This document shows, piece after piece, positions 30,082-38,479 of a DNA stretch of 64,000 nucleotides (position 1 is the first letter of the stretch; each line of letters begins with the position of its first letter). The DNA is from an uncultured Gammaproteobacteria bacterium. GTDB lineage: Bacteria > Pseudomonadota > Gammaproteobacteria > Magnimaribacterales > Magnimaribacteraceae. The DNA lies in assembly GCA_964571215.1 (NCBI GenBank), contig CAZMZZ010000002.1:302-64301 (forward strand), written 5' to 3'. Both the position numbers and the translations under genes were made by a program. Below the pieces are notes generated by a model. That model was given only the letters and a program-made list of their open reading frames with translations, did not search any database and was not told the origin of the DNA.

Positions 30082-31113
30082 ATGAAATTCAGCACCAAAA
30101 TAATTCGATGGCATAAAACGAAAGGTAGAAAAGACCTTCCGTGGCAGCAAAAAAAAAGCCCCTATAAGGTGTGGATTTCTGAAATCATGTTACAGCAAAC
30201 TCAAGTCGCTACTGCTATCCCCTTCTATATCTCTTTCTTAAAAAGATTTCCAAATGTTAAGGAGCTTGCTAAATCAACCGAAGAAGAGGTAATGAGTTTT
30301 TGGTCAGGCTTAGGATATTATTCAAGAGCTAGAAACTTACATAAAACCTCAAAATTGCTTGTCGATAAATTTAATAGCAGGCTTCCTGAGTCAGCTCCTG
30401 TACTTATATCTCTTCCTGGAATTGGAAAATCAACAGCAGGAGCAATTCTATCCTTAGGATTTAATAAAAAAGCCTCCATTCTTGATGCCAATGTTAAAAG
30501 GGTTTTATCTAGACATGAACAGATTAAAGGAGATCTAAGTAAAACCAAAAATATTCAAAGACTTTGGACTATATCTGAGCAATTGACTCCCCTTGACCAA
30601 TGCGCAATTTACAATCAAGCAATTATGGATTTGGGTGCTTTAATTTGTAAAACATCCAATCCTAATTGCAAAAAATGTCCTGTTAATAGCAGTTGTCTTG
30701 CTTTTAAGAATAATTTAACGCAGCACATTCCCAAAAAAGTGAATAGAAAACCTAAACCATCTAAAACTGTATATTGGCTAATAGCCACAGATAAAAATGA
30801 AAATGTGTTGTTAAAAAAAAGAAATAAAGGAGGTGTTTGGGCAGGACTCTGGTCCTTTCCTGAGTCTAACAGCGAAGAGAGATTAAGAAATGTATGTCTA
30901 TCCTTATTTAAAAGAAAAGAGAAAAAACTAAAATCTTTGCCAGTAATAAAACATAACTTTAGTCATTTTAATCTCAGAGCTAAACCTTTTTTATTAAATA
31001 TAGAAAACTGTATGCAACACGACCCTAATAGTGGAGAATACAAATGGATAAAAAAGACAAGATTAAAAAGTTTAGGAGTGCCTTCTCCGGTAAAAAGATT
31101 TTTAGAAGAATAA
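30082..31113 (+). CDS. mutY: A/G-specific adenine DNA glycosylase
   Basis: LPWQ..PYKVWISEIMLQQTQV and the Fe-S cluster CKTSNPNCKKCPVNSSC. A C-terminal Nudix-like domain is present. Confidence 0.9.
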   Translation: MKFSTKIIRWHKTKGRKDLPWQQKKSPYKVWISEIMLQQTQVATAIPFYISFLKRFPNVKELAKSTEEEVMSFWSGLGYYSRARNLHKTSKLLVDKFNSRLPESAPVLISLPGIGKSTAGAILSLGFNKKASILDANVKRVLSRHEQIKGDLSKTKNIQRLWTISEQLTPLDQCAIYNQAIMDLGALICKTSNPNCKKCPVNSSCLAFKNNLTQHIPKKVNRKPKPSKTVYWLIATDKNENVLLKKRNKGGVWAGLWSFPESNSEERLRNVCLSLFKRKEKKLKSLPVIKHNFSHFNLRAKPFLLNIENCMQHDPNSGEYKWIKKTRLKSLGVPSPVKRFLEE

Positions 31114-31120
31114 ATATTTG

Positions 31121-31396
31121 ATGACTAGATTGGTAAAGTGCAGAAAATATGGAATAGATATGCCAGGTCTCGATCTTCCTCCCTACCCCGGCCCTAAAGG
31201 AGAAGAGATTTATGCAAACGTTTCAAAAAAAGCTTGGGCTGAATGGCTAGACCACCAAAAAATGTTAATTAATGAAGGTCAAATTAATTTAACGAGTAAA
31301 GAATCTAGAAAGTGGCTTAATGAACAAATGGAGTTATTTTTTGCTGGAGAAGATTATGCTAAACCCGGTGGCTACAAGCCGGAAAAAGAAGAGTAA
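31121..31396 (+). CDS. yggX: Fe(2+)-trafficking protein YggX
   Basis: MTRLVKCRKYG..PPYPGPKGEEIY..SKKAW..W. It follows mutY as in E. coli. I prefer the ATG at 31121 to the TTG at 31118. Confidence 0.85.
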   Translation: MTRLVKCRKYGIDMPGLDLPPYPGPKGEEIYANVSKKAWAEWLDHQKMLINEGQINLTSKESRKWLNEQMELFFAGEDYAKPGGYKPEKEE

Positions 31397-31397
31397 C

Positions 31398-31426
31398 TTC
31401 TTAAGCAGAAGATATTTGTATACAAT
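31398..31426 (+). promoter_or_regulatory. weak candidate promoter for tRNA-Phe (TTCTTA-17 nt-TACAAT)
   Basis: The -10-like TACAAT (31421..31426) ends 15 nt upstream of the tRNA 5' end. The -35 is poor (3/6). Confidence 0.25.
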
Positions 31427-31441
31427 TCCCAACTTTATTTT

Positions 31442-31517
31442 GCCCAGATAGCTCAGTTGGTAGAGCAAAGGACTGAAAATCCTTGTGTCGGTGGTTCGAT
31501 TCCACCTCTGGGCACCA
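31442..31517 (+). tRNA. tRNA-Phe (anticodon GAA), CCA encoded
   Basis: Hand-folded cloverleaf. The acceptor GCCCAGA/TCTGGGC is perfect. D arm GCTC..GAGC, anticodon stem AAGGA/TCCTT with loop CTGAAAA, T arm GGTGG-TTCGATT-CCACC, 3' ACCA. Confidence 0.97.
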
Positions 31518-31626
31518 CTAATTTTAGACTCGGATTGAGTTGACCAAAAGGTACTGGTGTTCAGACTTTATCTGTAATGAATTTATTATGAAAAGTATAT
31601 AATTGTAGAAATTTCTCTAAGTATTA

Positions 31627-32631
31627 ATGAAATTTCCTCAATTACTTACTCAAGACTGCATTAAATGGATGTCCTCTCAAAAAGACAAATCCATAGATTG
31701 TGTAATAACTTCCCCACCATATAACCACAATGTCAAATATTCTAAATATAAGGACAATCTTTCAACCAAAGAATACTTGGACTGGCTTGCTATTATTTCG
31801 AAGAAGATAAAAAAAATTCTAAAGGATAATGGACATCTTTTTTTAAATATAGGAGCAATAAATTCAAATCCATATATTGCCATAGACGTCTGCCAGGTTT
31901 TTAGAAAAGATTTTGTTTTACAAAATAATTTTACTTGGGTTAAACACATAGCACTCCATGAGAAAGCCTACGGTCAATATAAGCCAATTTCTTCTGAAAG
32001 ATATGCAAGCAATACAACTGAGAGTATTTATCACTTTACAAAAGATGGAAATGTTAAGGTGGATAGATTAGCTATCGGACAAAGAAATACAACTCACGAC
32101 AAATATCCAGAATTATATAGTGAAAGCAGATATACAGCCGTAGCAAGAAGAAAAATCTGTAAAAGGCTAGGATATAAAAACTATAAAACCTTTTTATCAG
32201 AGTCATCAGATAAAGAGAAAAAAGATTTTCAATTACAATTAAAGGAAGAAATAAGGAAAAATCCATATGATCCAAATAAACCGAAGTGCATTGGAAATGC
32301 TTGGTTTATTCCTTATACACCTACAAGCAAACTTTCAAAAAAAATTGGCGCAAAAAGTGACCATAACTTTAGAGAGGTTAGCAGAGGTAATCATCCTGCA
32401 ACTTTTCCACTGCAACTCCCGATTCAATGCATTAAGTTTAGTGGTATAAAAAAAGACAGTTTTGTTTATGATCCCTTTGTTGGCACTGGAACAACTGTCT
32501 TAGCAGCACAACTATTAGAAATGAGAGGTATTGGTACTGATATGGATAAAGAATATATAGATTTTGCAAAAAAAAGGATCCAAGCAGAAACTGAACTTGT
32601 AAAAGAAGAACTTAAAGTACAAATTACATAA
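31627..32631 (+). CDS. DNA methyltransferase, beta-class N4-C/N6-A family (SPPY type), orphan
   Basis: Motif IV DCVITSPPY sits near the N-terminus. Motif I VYDPFVGTGTT and HPATFP sit near the C-terminus. This is the permuted order typical of PF01555-type enzymes. No nuclease gene is adjacent. Confidence 0.85.
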   Translation: MKFPQLLTQDCIKWMSSQKDKSIDCVITSPPYNHNVKYSKYKDNLSTKEYLDWLAIISKKIKKILKDNGHLFLNIGAINSNPYIAIDVCQVFRKDFVLQNNFTWVKHIALHEKAYGQYKPISSERYASNTTESIYHFTKDGNVKVDRLAIGQRNTTHDKYPELYSESRYTAVARRKICKRLGYKNYKTFLSESSDKEKKDFQLQLKEEIRKNPYDPNKPKCIGNAWFIPYTPTSKLSKKIGAKSDHNFREVSRGNHPATFPLQLPIQCIKFSGIKKDSFVYDPFVGTGTTVLAAQLLEMRGIGTDMDKEYIDFAKKRIQAETELVKEELKVQIT

Positions 32632-32720
32632 TATATAGATAAGTTATTTTATACCTTGTAAAAAACCTTCATCTACAGACATTTAGGTAACGCTGTTTTC
32701 TGACAATTCTTGAATTAGTA

Positions 32721-32744
32721 GTTCAATTCAAACCGTGGGCATCA
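32721..32744 (+). repeat. degenerate direct repeat of the tRNA-Phe 3' end (att-like)
   Basis: GTTCAATTCAAACCGTGGGCATCA here versus GTTCGATTCCACCTCTGGGCACCA at 31494..31517. That is 18/24 matches with no gaps. Confidence 0.4.
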
Positions 32745-32770
32745 TAATCTAATTTCTTTATAATCCTTCT

Positions 32771-33634
32771 ATGAGCACACAATTATCAATATTTAGCATT
32801 TTAATTTGCTTACTGATAGCTACAGGAATAATTTTTTCGGCAAGTAAGGGAAGCATCTTTGTTGGTGGTTATTCGTTGTTTGCCCTATGTGGAGTCATAG
32901 GTTTTTTGTTGCACTGGATAATTTTTATCCCTTCTTATATATATCAAACAGAATATTATTTTGATTTGACTGGTTCAATTTCTTATATAGCTGTTCTTGC
33001 TTTCGCTATCTTAAATAAGCCAGACACAGACCCAAGAAGTATATTGTTAATTGGCTTAGTAGGAATTTGGGCTTTGCGTCTTGGAACCTTTTTATTTCTT
33101 AGAGTAAAAGAAAAAGGAGAAGACAGCAGATTCAATATAATGAAAACTAAATTTTGGTGGTTTCTTGCAACATGGACCATTGGCGGTCTCTGGGTTTTTA
33201 TAACAAGCTGTGCTGCTCTTGCTGCCTTGACTGCAACTAAGGAAATTTCCATGGACTTCTTGGATTTCTTGGGTCTCTTTTTATGGATTGTTGGATTTTC
33301 TATTGAAGTTATAGCTGATTCACAGAAAACAGCTTTTAATAAAAAAAGTGAAAATGAAAATAAATTTATTAATGAAGGTCTTTGGAGGTTCTCTAGACAT
33401 CCAAATTATTTTGGTGAAATATTGCTTTGGTCAGGTATTGCTATGATTGCTCTCCCTGTGCTTGAGGGTTGGCAATTAATAACATTAATTTCTCCTGTAT
33501 TTGTCTATGTGCTATTAACAAAAATAAGTGGTATACCTATGCTAGAAAACAAGGCTTTCAAGAGATGGGGAAAAGACCCAGAATACATAAAATACTTAGA
33601 ATCAACACCAAAATTATTTCTTAAAATAAGATAA
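32771..33634 (+). CDS. DUF1295 family membrane protein (steroid-reductase/ICMT-like superfamily)
   Basis: Polytopic, with the GLWRFSRHPNYFGEILLW motif. It is a paralog of the N-terminal domain of the 55089 ORF. Confidence 0.75.
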   Translation: MSTQLSIFSILICLLIATGIIFSASKGSIFVGGYSLFALCGVIGFLLHWIIFIPSYIYQTEYYFDLTGSISYIAVLAFAILNKPDTDPRSILLIGLVGIWALRLGTFLFLRVKEKGEDSRFNIMKTKFWWFLATWTIGGLWVFITSCAALAALTATKEISMDFLDFLGLFLWIVGFSIEVIADSQKTAFNKKSENENKFINEGLWRFSRHPNYFGEILLWSGIAMIALPVLEGWQLITLISPVFVYVLLTKISGIPMLENKAFKRWGKDPEYIKYLESTPKLFLKIR

Positions 33635-33642
33635 GGGGGATT

Positions 33643-34062
33643 ATGACAAATTCTGTTGAAGGTGGCTGTCTGTGTGGCTTGGTTAGATATAACTTTGATA
33701 AAGATAGCGTGATTTCTTCCCACCATTGTCATTGTAAAGATTGTCAGAAATCAACGGGCAGTGGAAAAGCAACTATCGTTCTAATTCCAAGTTCTTCTGT
33801 TGTTATAAATGGAGAAATAAAATTTTTCTCTGTTACTGGAAAAGACGGAGGACATGTTAACAGGGGGTTCTGCCCCGAATGTGGGTCACCTCTGATAAGT
33901 TTTGTAGAAGAAATGAAAGAAATAAAATTTATTAAAGCTGGAAGTCTGGATGATTCCTCTTGGATAAAAGTTCAATCCAGTTTTTGGAACTCTACTGCTG
34001 AAAATTGGTCACCTGTAGACGAAGAGATAGATAGTTTTACACATAACCCCAATAACCTCTGA
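33643..34062 (+). CDS. GFA/CENP-V family zinc protein (glutathione-dependent formaldehyde-activating-like)
   Basis: Cys-rich motifs GGCLCG, HCHCKDCQKSTGS and CPECGS. GGGGG Shine-Dalgarno upstream. Confidence 0.8.
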   Translation: MTNSVEGGCLCGLVRYNFDKDSVISSHHCHCKDCQKSTGSGKATIVLIPSSSVVINGEIKFFSVTGKDGGHVNRGFCPECGSPLISFVEEMKEIKFIKAGSLDDSSWIKVQSSFWNSTAENWSPVDEEIDSFTHNPNNL

Positions 34063-34076
34063 ACGACAAAGTTTTT

Positions 34077-35135
34077 TTGAAACCTTCAGAAATATATAAG
34101 GAAATGCTGTCGGGTGGAGACTTAACTTCAGACGATGCTCAATTAAATCTTTTAACACATTTAGATCAGCTACATATCAGCCTTTCATCAAAGTCTAACA
34201 GACTATTTACAAAAAAAAATATAAAGGGTATTTACATTTATGGAGAGGTTGGAAGGGGAAAAACTCAAATAATGGACATCTTCTTTAAAAGTTTAAAAAT
34301 TAAAGAAAAACAAAGAATACATTTCCATAGGTTTATGAAAAATATTCATGAAGAGCTGGAGGGTTTGTCTGGAAAAGAAGACCCAATATCCTTGCTTGTA
34401 AAGAAACTTAGCAAAAAATACAGAGTGTTCTGTCTCGATGAATTCTATGTAGAAGACATCGGTGATGCGATGATCTTATCTAGATTTCTGGATAAGCTTT
34501 TTTTGTCAGGTATTACCCTAATTACCACCTCTAACTCTCATCCTGATCATCTTTATAAAGGGGGTCTTCATAGAGAAAGATTCTACTCAACTATCAATAC
34601 GATTATAAAAAATTGTAATATCTATAAACTAGAATCAAAGCAAGATTACAGACTTAGAAAGTTAGAAAAGTCTGCAATTCATGTGCTATCAGAAGAAGAT
34701 AAATCTGAAAATGTCCTCGAGAAAAATTTCAAAGCCTTGATGCTTGGAGAGGAAGTGTCTACGGGTAGTATTAAAATTCTTGGAAGAAGCATTACTACAA
34801 TCAAAAAATATGGGGGTGTCGTCTGGTTTGATTTTACATCAATTTGTGATGGGCCAAGGAGTGCTAATGACTACATCGAAATATGTAAAGAATTTCACAC
34901 TTTATTTATCTCCAACATACCAATACTTACCGAAGATCAAGATAATCAAGCAAGAAGATTTGTTGCTTTAATTGATGAATGTTATGAAAGAAATGTTAAC
35001 TTATTACTTTCATCACAAGTAAGCATTCACAAGATATATAAAGGATCAAACCTTTCTAAACCATTTCAAAGAACTTACAGCAGAATAAAGGAAATGGCTT
35101 CAAAGGAATATTTAGCCAAACCACATCTGCATTAA
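34077..35135 (+). CDS. zapE: AFG1-like ATPase ZapE
   Basis: Walker A YGEVGRGKT and Walker B VFCLDEF. The start is uncertain: TTG at 34077 or ATG at 34104. Confidence 0.85.
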   Translation: MKPSEIYKEMLSGGDLTSDDAQLNLLTHLDQLHISLSSKSNRLFTKKNIKGIYIYGEVGRGKTQIMDIFFKSLKIKEKQRIHFHRFMKNIHEELEGLSGKEDPISLLVKKLSKKYRVFCLDEFYVEDIGDAMILSRFLDKLFLSGITLITTSNSHPDHLYKGGLHRERFYSTINTIIKNCNIYKLESKQDYRLRKLEKSAIHVLSEEDKSENVLEKNFKALMLGEEVSTGSIKILGRSITTIKKYGGVVWFDFTSICDGPRSANDYIEICKEFHTLFISNIPILTEDQDNQARRFVALIDECYERNVNLLLSSQVSIHKIYKGSNLSKPFQRTYSRIKEMASKEYLAKPHLH

Positions 35136-35137
35136 GC

Positions 35138-35422
35138 TTATAAACTCTCGAAAACTTTTATTTCTGGGGCTCCAGACAAGTATTTCCCCATTTCAGCTCC
35201 TATAGTTTTCATATGTTCTGTTTGAGAGTGGGCATCTAAATCTTCTTGAGAATTATATCTTTCCATAACTATATATGTCGTGTCATCCTTCCCTTTATAG
35301 AAATTATAGTAATTATTACCCGGCTCATTTTTTTTAACTGCCTCTTCCATTTGTCGAGCAGCACTCTCAAATTCTTTGTTTGTACCTTCTTGTATTTTTA
35401 AAATAGCAAACACTCCAACCAT
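35138..35422 (-). CDS. ABM-domain (antibiotic biosynthesis monooxygenase-like) protein
   Basis: 94 aa with a ferredoxin-like ABM pattern (..YIVMERYNSQEDLDAHSQTEHMK..). Confidence 0.7.
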   Translation of the reverse strand: MVGVFAILKIQEGTNKEFESAARQMEEAVKKNEPGNNYYNFYKGKDDTTYIVMERYNSQEDLDAHSQTEHMKTIGAEMGKYLSGAPEIKVFESL

Positions 35423-35495
35423 TTAAACCTCTCTTTTTTTAACAATAAGCTGTAAACTTTATTTCTATTTACAATTTTTTTCGAGTATTTTTTGT

Positions 35496-36707
35496 ATGAG
35501 TGAAGTTGTTGTTGTTGGAGGGGGTCAATCAGCCAGTCAATGTCTTGTTTCTTTAAGATCAGGCAACTATAAAGAATCAATAACTGTTATTGCAGAGGAA
35601 GAACATATTCCTTACCAAAGACCGCCTTTATCAAAAGATTATTTATTAGGAAAAGTTGGCCTTGAAAGGGTTCATACTAAAAATATAGATTTTTATAAAG
35701 ACAACGAAATAGAACTTGTTGTTAATAAAACCGTTCAAAGTATAGATAGGGAAAAGAAAACTTTACAACTGAATGATGGAAACATTATTAGTTACGATAA
35801 ATTAGTAATTGCTACAGGGAGTAGGGTAAGAAAACTAAACGTAGATGGTTCTGAACTCTCAAACATTCATTATTTAAGAAGCATAAAGGATGCAGACAAC
35901 ATTAGGAGTCTAATACAAAACAAAAAGAGTTTAGTAATAGTAGGAGCTGGATACATTGGTCTAGAAGTGGCTGCTGTTGCTAATCAATCAGGTATTTCAG
36001 TAAGTGTTATAGAAATGGCTGATAGAGTGATGAACAGAACTGTAGATCCACTAATTTCAGAATATTATCAAAATCTGCACACCAAAAATGGGGTGAAAAT
36101 ATTCCTAAATGCTGCCCTAGAGTCATTCGGAGGAGATGATTCAGTATCAAAGGTTTATTGTACAGACCTAGAAATAGACGCTGATTTTGTTGTTATTGGA
36201 GCTGGTATACTACCTAACCAGGAGTTAGCATCTAAAGCCGGACTAAAGTGTGAAAACGGTATCTGGGTTGACGAATATTGCCAGACTGAAGATAAAGATA
36301 TTTATGCTTGTGGAGATTGTACAAACCATCCAAATAAAACTCTGCAGTCTAGACTCAGACTAGAATCGGTGCACAACGCTATAGAACAAGGAAAAACTGT
36401 AGCCTCTTCCATACTTGGAGAAAAAACACCCTACAACCAAATTCCTTGGTTTTGGTCTGATCAATATGATCATAAATTGCAAATTGTGGGTCTCTCCGGC
36501 GACCATGATAGGACTATAAAAAGAGAAGGAGAAGGAGAAAAATCTTTTCTACTTTTTTATCTAAAGGAAAATTGTTTAATTGCTGCAGATGCAGTAAACA
36601 ACCCAAAAGATTTTATGGTATGCAAAAAGCTAGTTGCAAATAGAACAAAAATAAGTTCTGATAGCCTTCTTGATGCTTCAGCAGACTTAAAAGAGTTATT
36701 GAAATGA
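35496..36707 (+). CDS. FAD-dependent pyridine nucleotide-disulfide oxidoreductase, ferredoxin/rubredoxin reductase-like
   Basis: Two dinucleotide folds, VVVVGGGQSA and LVIVGAGYIGLEVAA. YACGDC and PWFWSDQYD are typical of this family. Confidence 0.8.
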   Translation: MSEVVVVGGGQSASQCLVSLRSGNYKESITVIAEEEHIPYQRPPLSKDYLLGKVGLERVHTKNIDFYKDNEIELVVNKTVQSIDREKKTLQLNDGNIISYDKLVIATGSRVRKLNVDGSELSNIHYLRSIKDADNIRSLIQNKKSLVIVGAGYIGLEVAAVANQSGISVSVIEMADRVMNRTVDPLISEYYQNLHTKNGVKIFLNAALESFGGDDSVSKVYCTDLEIDADFVVIGAGILPNQELASKAGLKCENGIWVDEYCQTEDKDIYACGDCTNHPNKTLQSRLRLESVHNAIEQGKTVASSILGEKTPYNQIPWFWSDQYDHKLQIVGLSGDHDRTIKREGEGEKSFLLFYLKENCLIAADAVNNPKDFMVCKKLVANRTKISSDSLLDASADLKELLK

Positions 36708-37036
36708 AAGACATTGTTGAAACTGAATATTCTATTGGTCAGGTTGTAAAACATAAATATCTTGATTTTAGGGGTGTAATCTATGATGTAGACCCAGAAT
36801 TTAATAACACAGAAGAATGGTATCAGTCTATACCTAGCGCCATGAGACCAAGAAAAGACCAGCCCTTTTATCATGTATTTGCTGAAAACGATCAGATTTT
36901 CTATTCCGCCTATGTTTCGCAACAAAACTTACTAGTTGATGATAGCAAGTCTCCAGTAGAGCACCCAGATGTAAATGTTTTTTTTGGAGATTTTGATGGA
37001 GAATCTTATAAAATCTTGGACCAAAGCAAAAATTAA
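36704..37036 (+). CDS. hspQ: heat shock protein HspQ (YccV-like hemimethylated DNA-binding domain)
   Basis: YSIGQVVKHKYLDFRGVIYDVDPEF and QPFYHVFAEN. The start is ATGA-coupled to the upstream reductase gene. Confidence 0.8.
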   Translation: MKDIVETEYSIGQVVKHKYLDFRGVIYDVDPEFNNTEEWYQSIPSAMRPRKDQPFYHVFAENDQIFYSAYVSQQNLLVDDSKSPVEHPDVNVFFGDFDGESYKILDQSKN

Positions 37037-38304
37037 TTCTCCCCTTTCAGGGTAGCAAGAGATACACAAGTAACAAATATCTCCATAGCTTCTTCAAGTT
37101 CATCGACAGAACAGGCACTTGGTGCCAGCCTTATATTCTCATCTTTAGGATCTACACCATAAGGGTAAGTTGACCCTGCTGGAGTGATTTTAAGGCCTAA
37201 ATCTAAAGCCAGTTGAATTGTTTTTTTGGCCAGCCCAGGTTTGGTGTTAAAAGACACAAAATAGCCTCCTGAGGGTTTAGTCCAAGATCCATAGTTTTGT
37301 AAAGATAGCCATTTGTCTACTATCTCAAATTTAGGTCTAATTATCTCAGCGTGTTTCTGCATATGTAATTCTAGGTCTTCATAAGTTTTAAAAAAATTCT
37401 CGTGTCTTGCTTGGTTAACCTTATCTGGTCCAATAGTTACTGAAGAATAGTGTTTCAAAAATAAATCTAAATTATTTTCTGATAAAGCTATAAAGCTTAC
37501 CCCCCCTCCTGCAAAAGTTATTTTTGAAGTTGAAGCAAACGCTACTACTGAATCCAAGTAACCTAGTTCGGTAGCTAAATCAAAAATATTAGGTAATGAA
37601 GTACAAGGTAAGAAGTCGTGGACTGCATAAGCGTTATCCCAAAAAATTTTGAATTCTCCTTCCAGCTGATTATTTAGCTCTAGTAAACCTTTAATACACT
37701 TTTCGCTGTATATATCTCCTGTTGGATTAGAGTGTTTAGGAACACACCATATTCCCTTAATGGAGCTATCTGCTTTAGATATTTTCTTAATATAGTCTAT
37801 GTCTGGACCTTCTCCTGTTAAAGGAACTGGTATCATATTAATCCCAAACTCTTCGCATAATTTGAAATGCCTGTCATAACCAGGAGATGGACAAAGAAAG
37901 GTTGTTCTTTTATCTAATCCCCAAGAACCCTTTCCAGAACCATGTAAAAAAAGACTCATCAAGTACTGAGACATTAGCGTCAAACTGCTATTTCCTCCAG
38001 CAATGACATTTCTAGAAGGAAATCCTAGGATTTTTGCACCGAGTTCCCTGCAACCAGGCAATCCTTTTAAATTTCCATAATTTCTAATATCTACACCCCC
38101 TGAAACAAAGCTTTTTAATAAAATCCCATCTATCTCGTTTGATAGATCTAATTGAGTATCACTTGGTTTTCCTCTTGTTAGGTCTAAGTTAAAACCCTTA
38201 GATTTCATACCAGAGTACCTTTCTTCAAGCTCTTTTAAGTTATTGAATGAGATGTCCATATTTGCAGTCTGGTGTTTAGAGTTCAAATAATACCACCTTG
38301 CCAA
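37033..38304 (-). CDS. PLP-dependent aminotransferase, fold type I
   Basis: Aminotransferase-like length with a PLP-Lys context FASTSKITFAGGG. The start is uncertain: TTG at 38304 or ATG at 38259. Confidence 0.7.
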   Translation of the reverse strand: MARWYYLNSKHQTANMDISFNNLKELEERYSGMKSKGFNLDLTRGKPSDTQLDLSNEIDGILLKSFVSGGVDIRNYGNLKGLPGCRELGAKILGFPSRNVIAGGNSSLTLMSQYLMSLFLHGSGKGSWGLDKRTTFLCPSPGYDRHFKLCEEFGINMIPVPLTGEGPDIDYIKKISKADSSIKGIWCVPKHSNPTGDIYSEKCIKGLLELNNQLEGEFKIFWDNAYAVHDFLPCTSLPNIFDLATELGYLDSVVAFASTSKITFAGGGVSFIALSENNLDLFLKHYSSVTIGPDKVNQARHENFFKTYEDLELHMQKHAEIIRPKFEIVDKWLSLQNYGSWTKPSGGYFVSFNTKPGLAKKTIQLALDLGLKITPAGSTYPYGVDPKDENIRLAPSACSVDELEEAMEIFVTCVSLATLKGEN

Positions 38305-38394
38305 TTCTCATTACAGCCTCTTAGCTTGTGTTTAAATATTGATCAATCTTTCTAGCGTAGACAATTGTTAAGAAACATAAAAGTATCAACAATG

Positions 38395-38417
38395 TTATCC
38401 ACAGAATTGGTGGATAA
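38395..38417. promoter_or_regulatory. inverted pair of DnaA-box-like 9-mers (TTATCCACA / TTATCCACC)
   Basis: TTATCCACAGAATTGGTGGATAA has perfect 8-bp arms and a 7-nt spacer. The first 9-mer equals the E. coli DnaA R-box consensus. It lies 63 nt upstream of gcvT. Confidence 0.35.
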
Positions 38418-38479
38418 AACTATTTTTTGGGGACCCATTTATTAAAAAAAAGTAAAATGACTCTTAAAAATATTTAGTA

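Larger units (their letters stand above)
31518..32744 (+). mobile_element. remnant tRNA-Phe-associated genomic islet (single methyltransferase cargo, no integrase)
   Basis: It lies between the tRNA 3' end and a degenerate 24-nt copy of that end (18/24 identical, counted by eye). The only gene inside is the DNA methyltransferase. Confidence 0.4.

Noticed and set aside
31518-32770. An integrase, restriction endonuclease or specificity subunit accompanying the methyltransferase.
   Set aside because: There is no ORF of meaningful length on either strand besides the methyltransferase. The flanking spacers (109 and 139 nt) hold no recognisable gene fragment.
38305-38479. Two ideas: a glycine riboswitch upstream of gcvT, and the DnaA boxes marking a replication origin.
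   Set aside because: I see no GGAGAG..CACCG..GGGCAA-type glycine aptamer cores. There are only two DnaA boxes, with no AT-rich 13-mer cluster, no further boxes, and no dnaA/gidA-type context. That makes an origin call unjustified.
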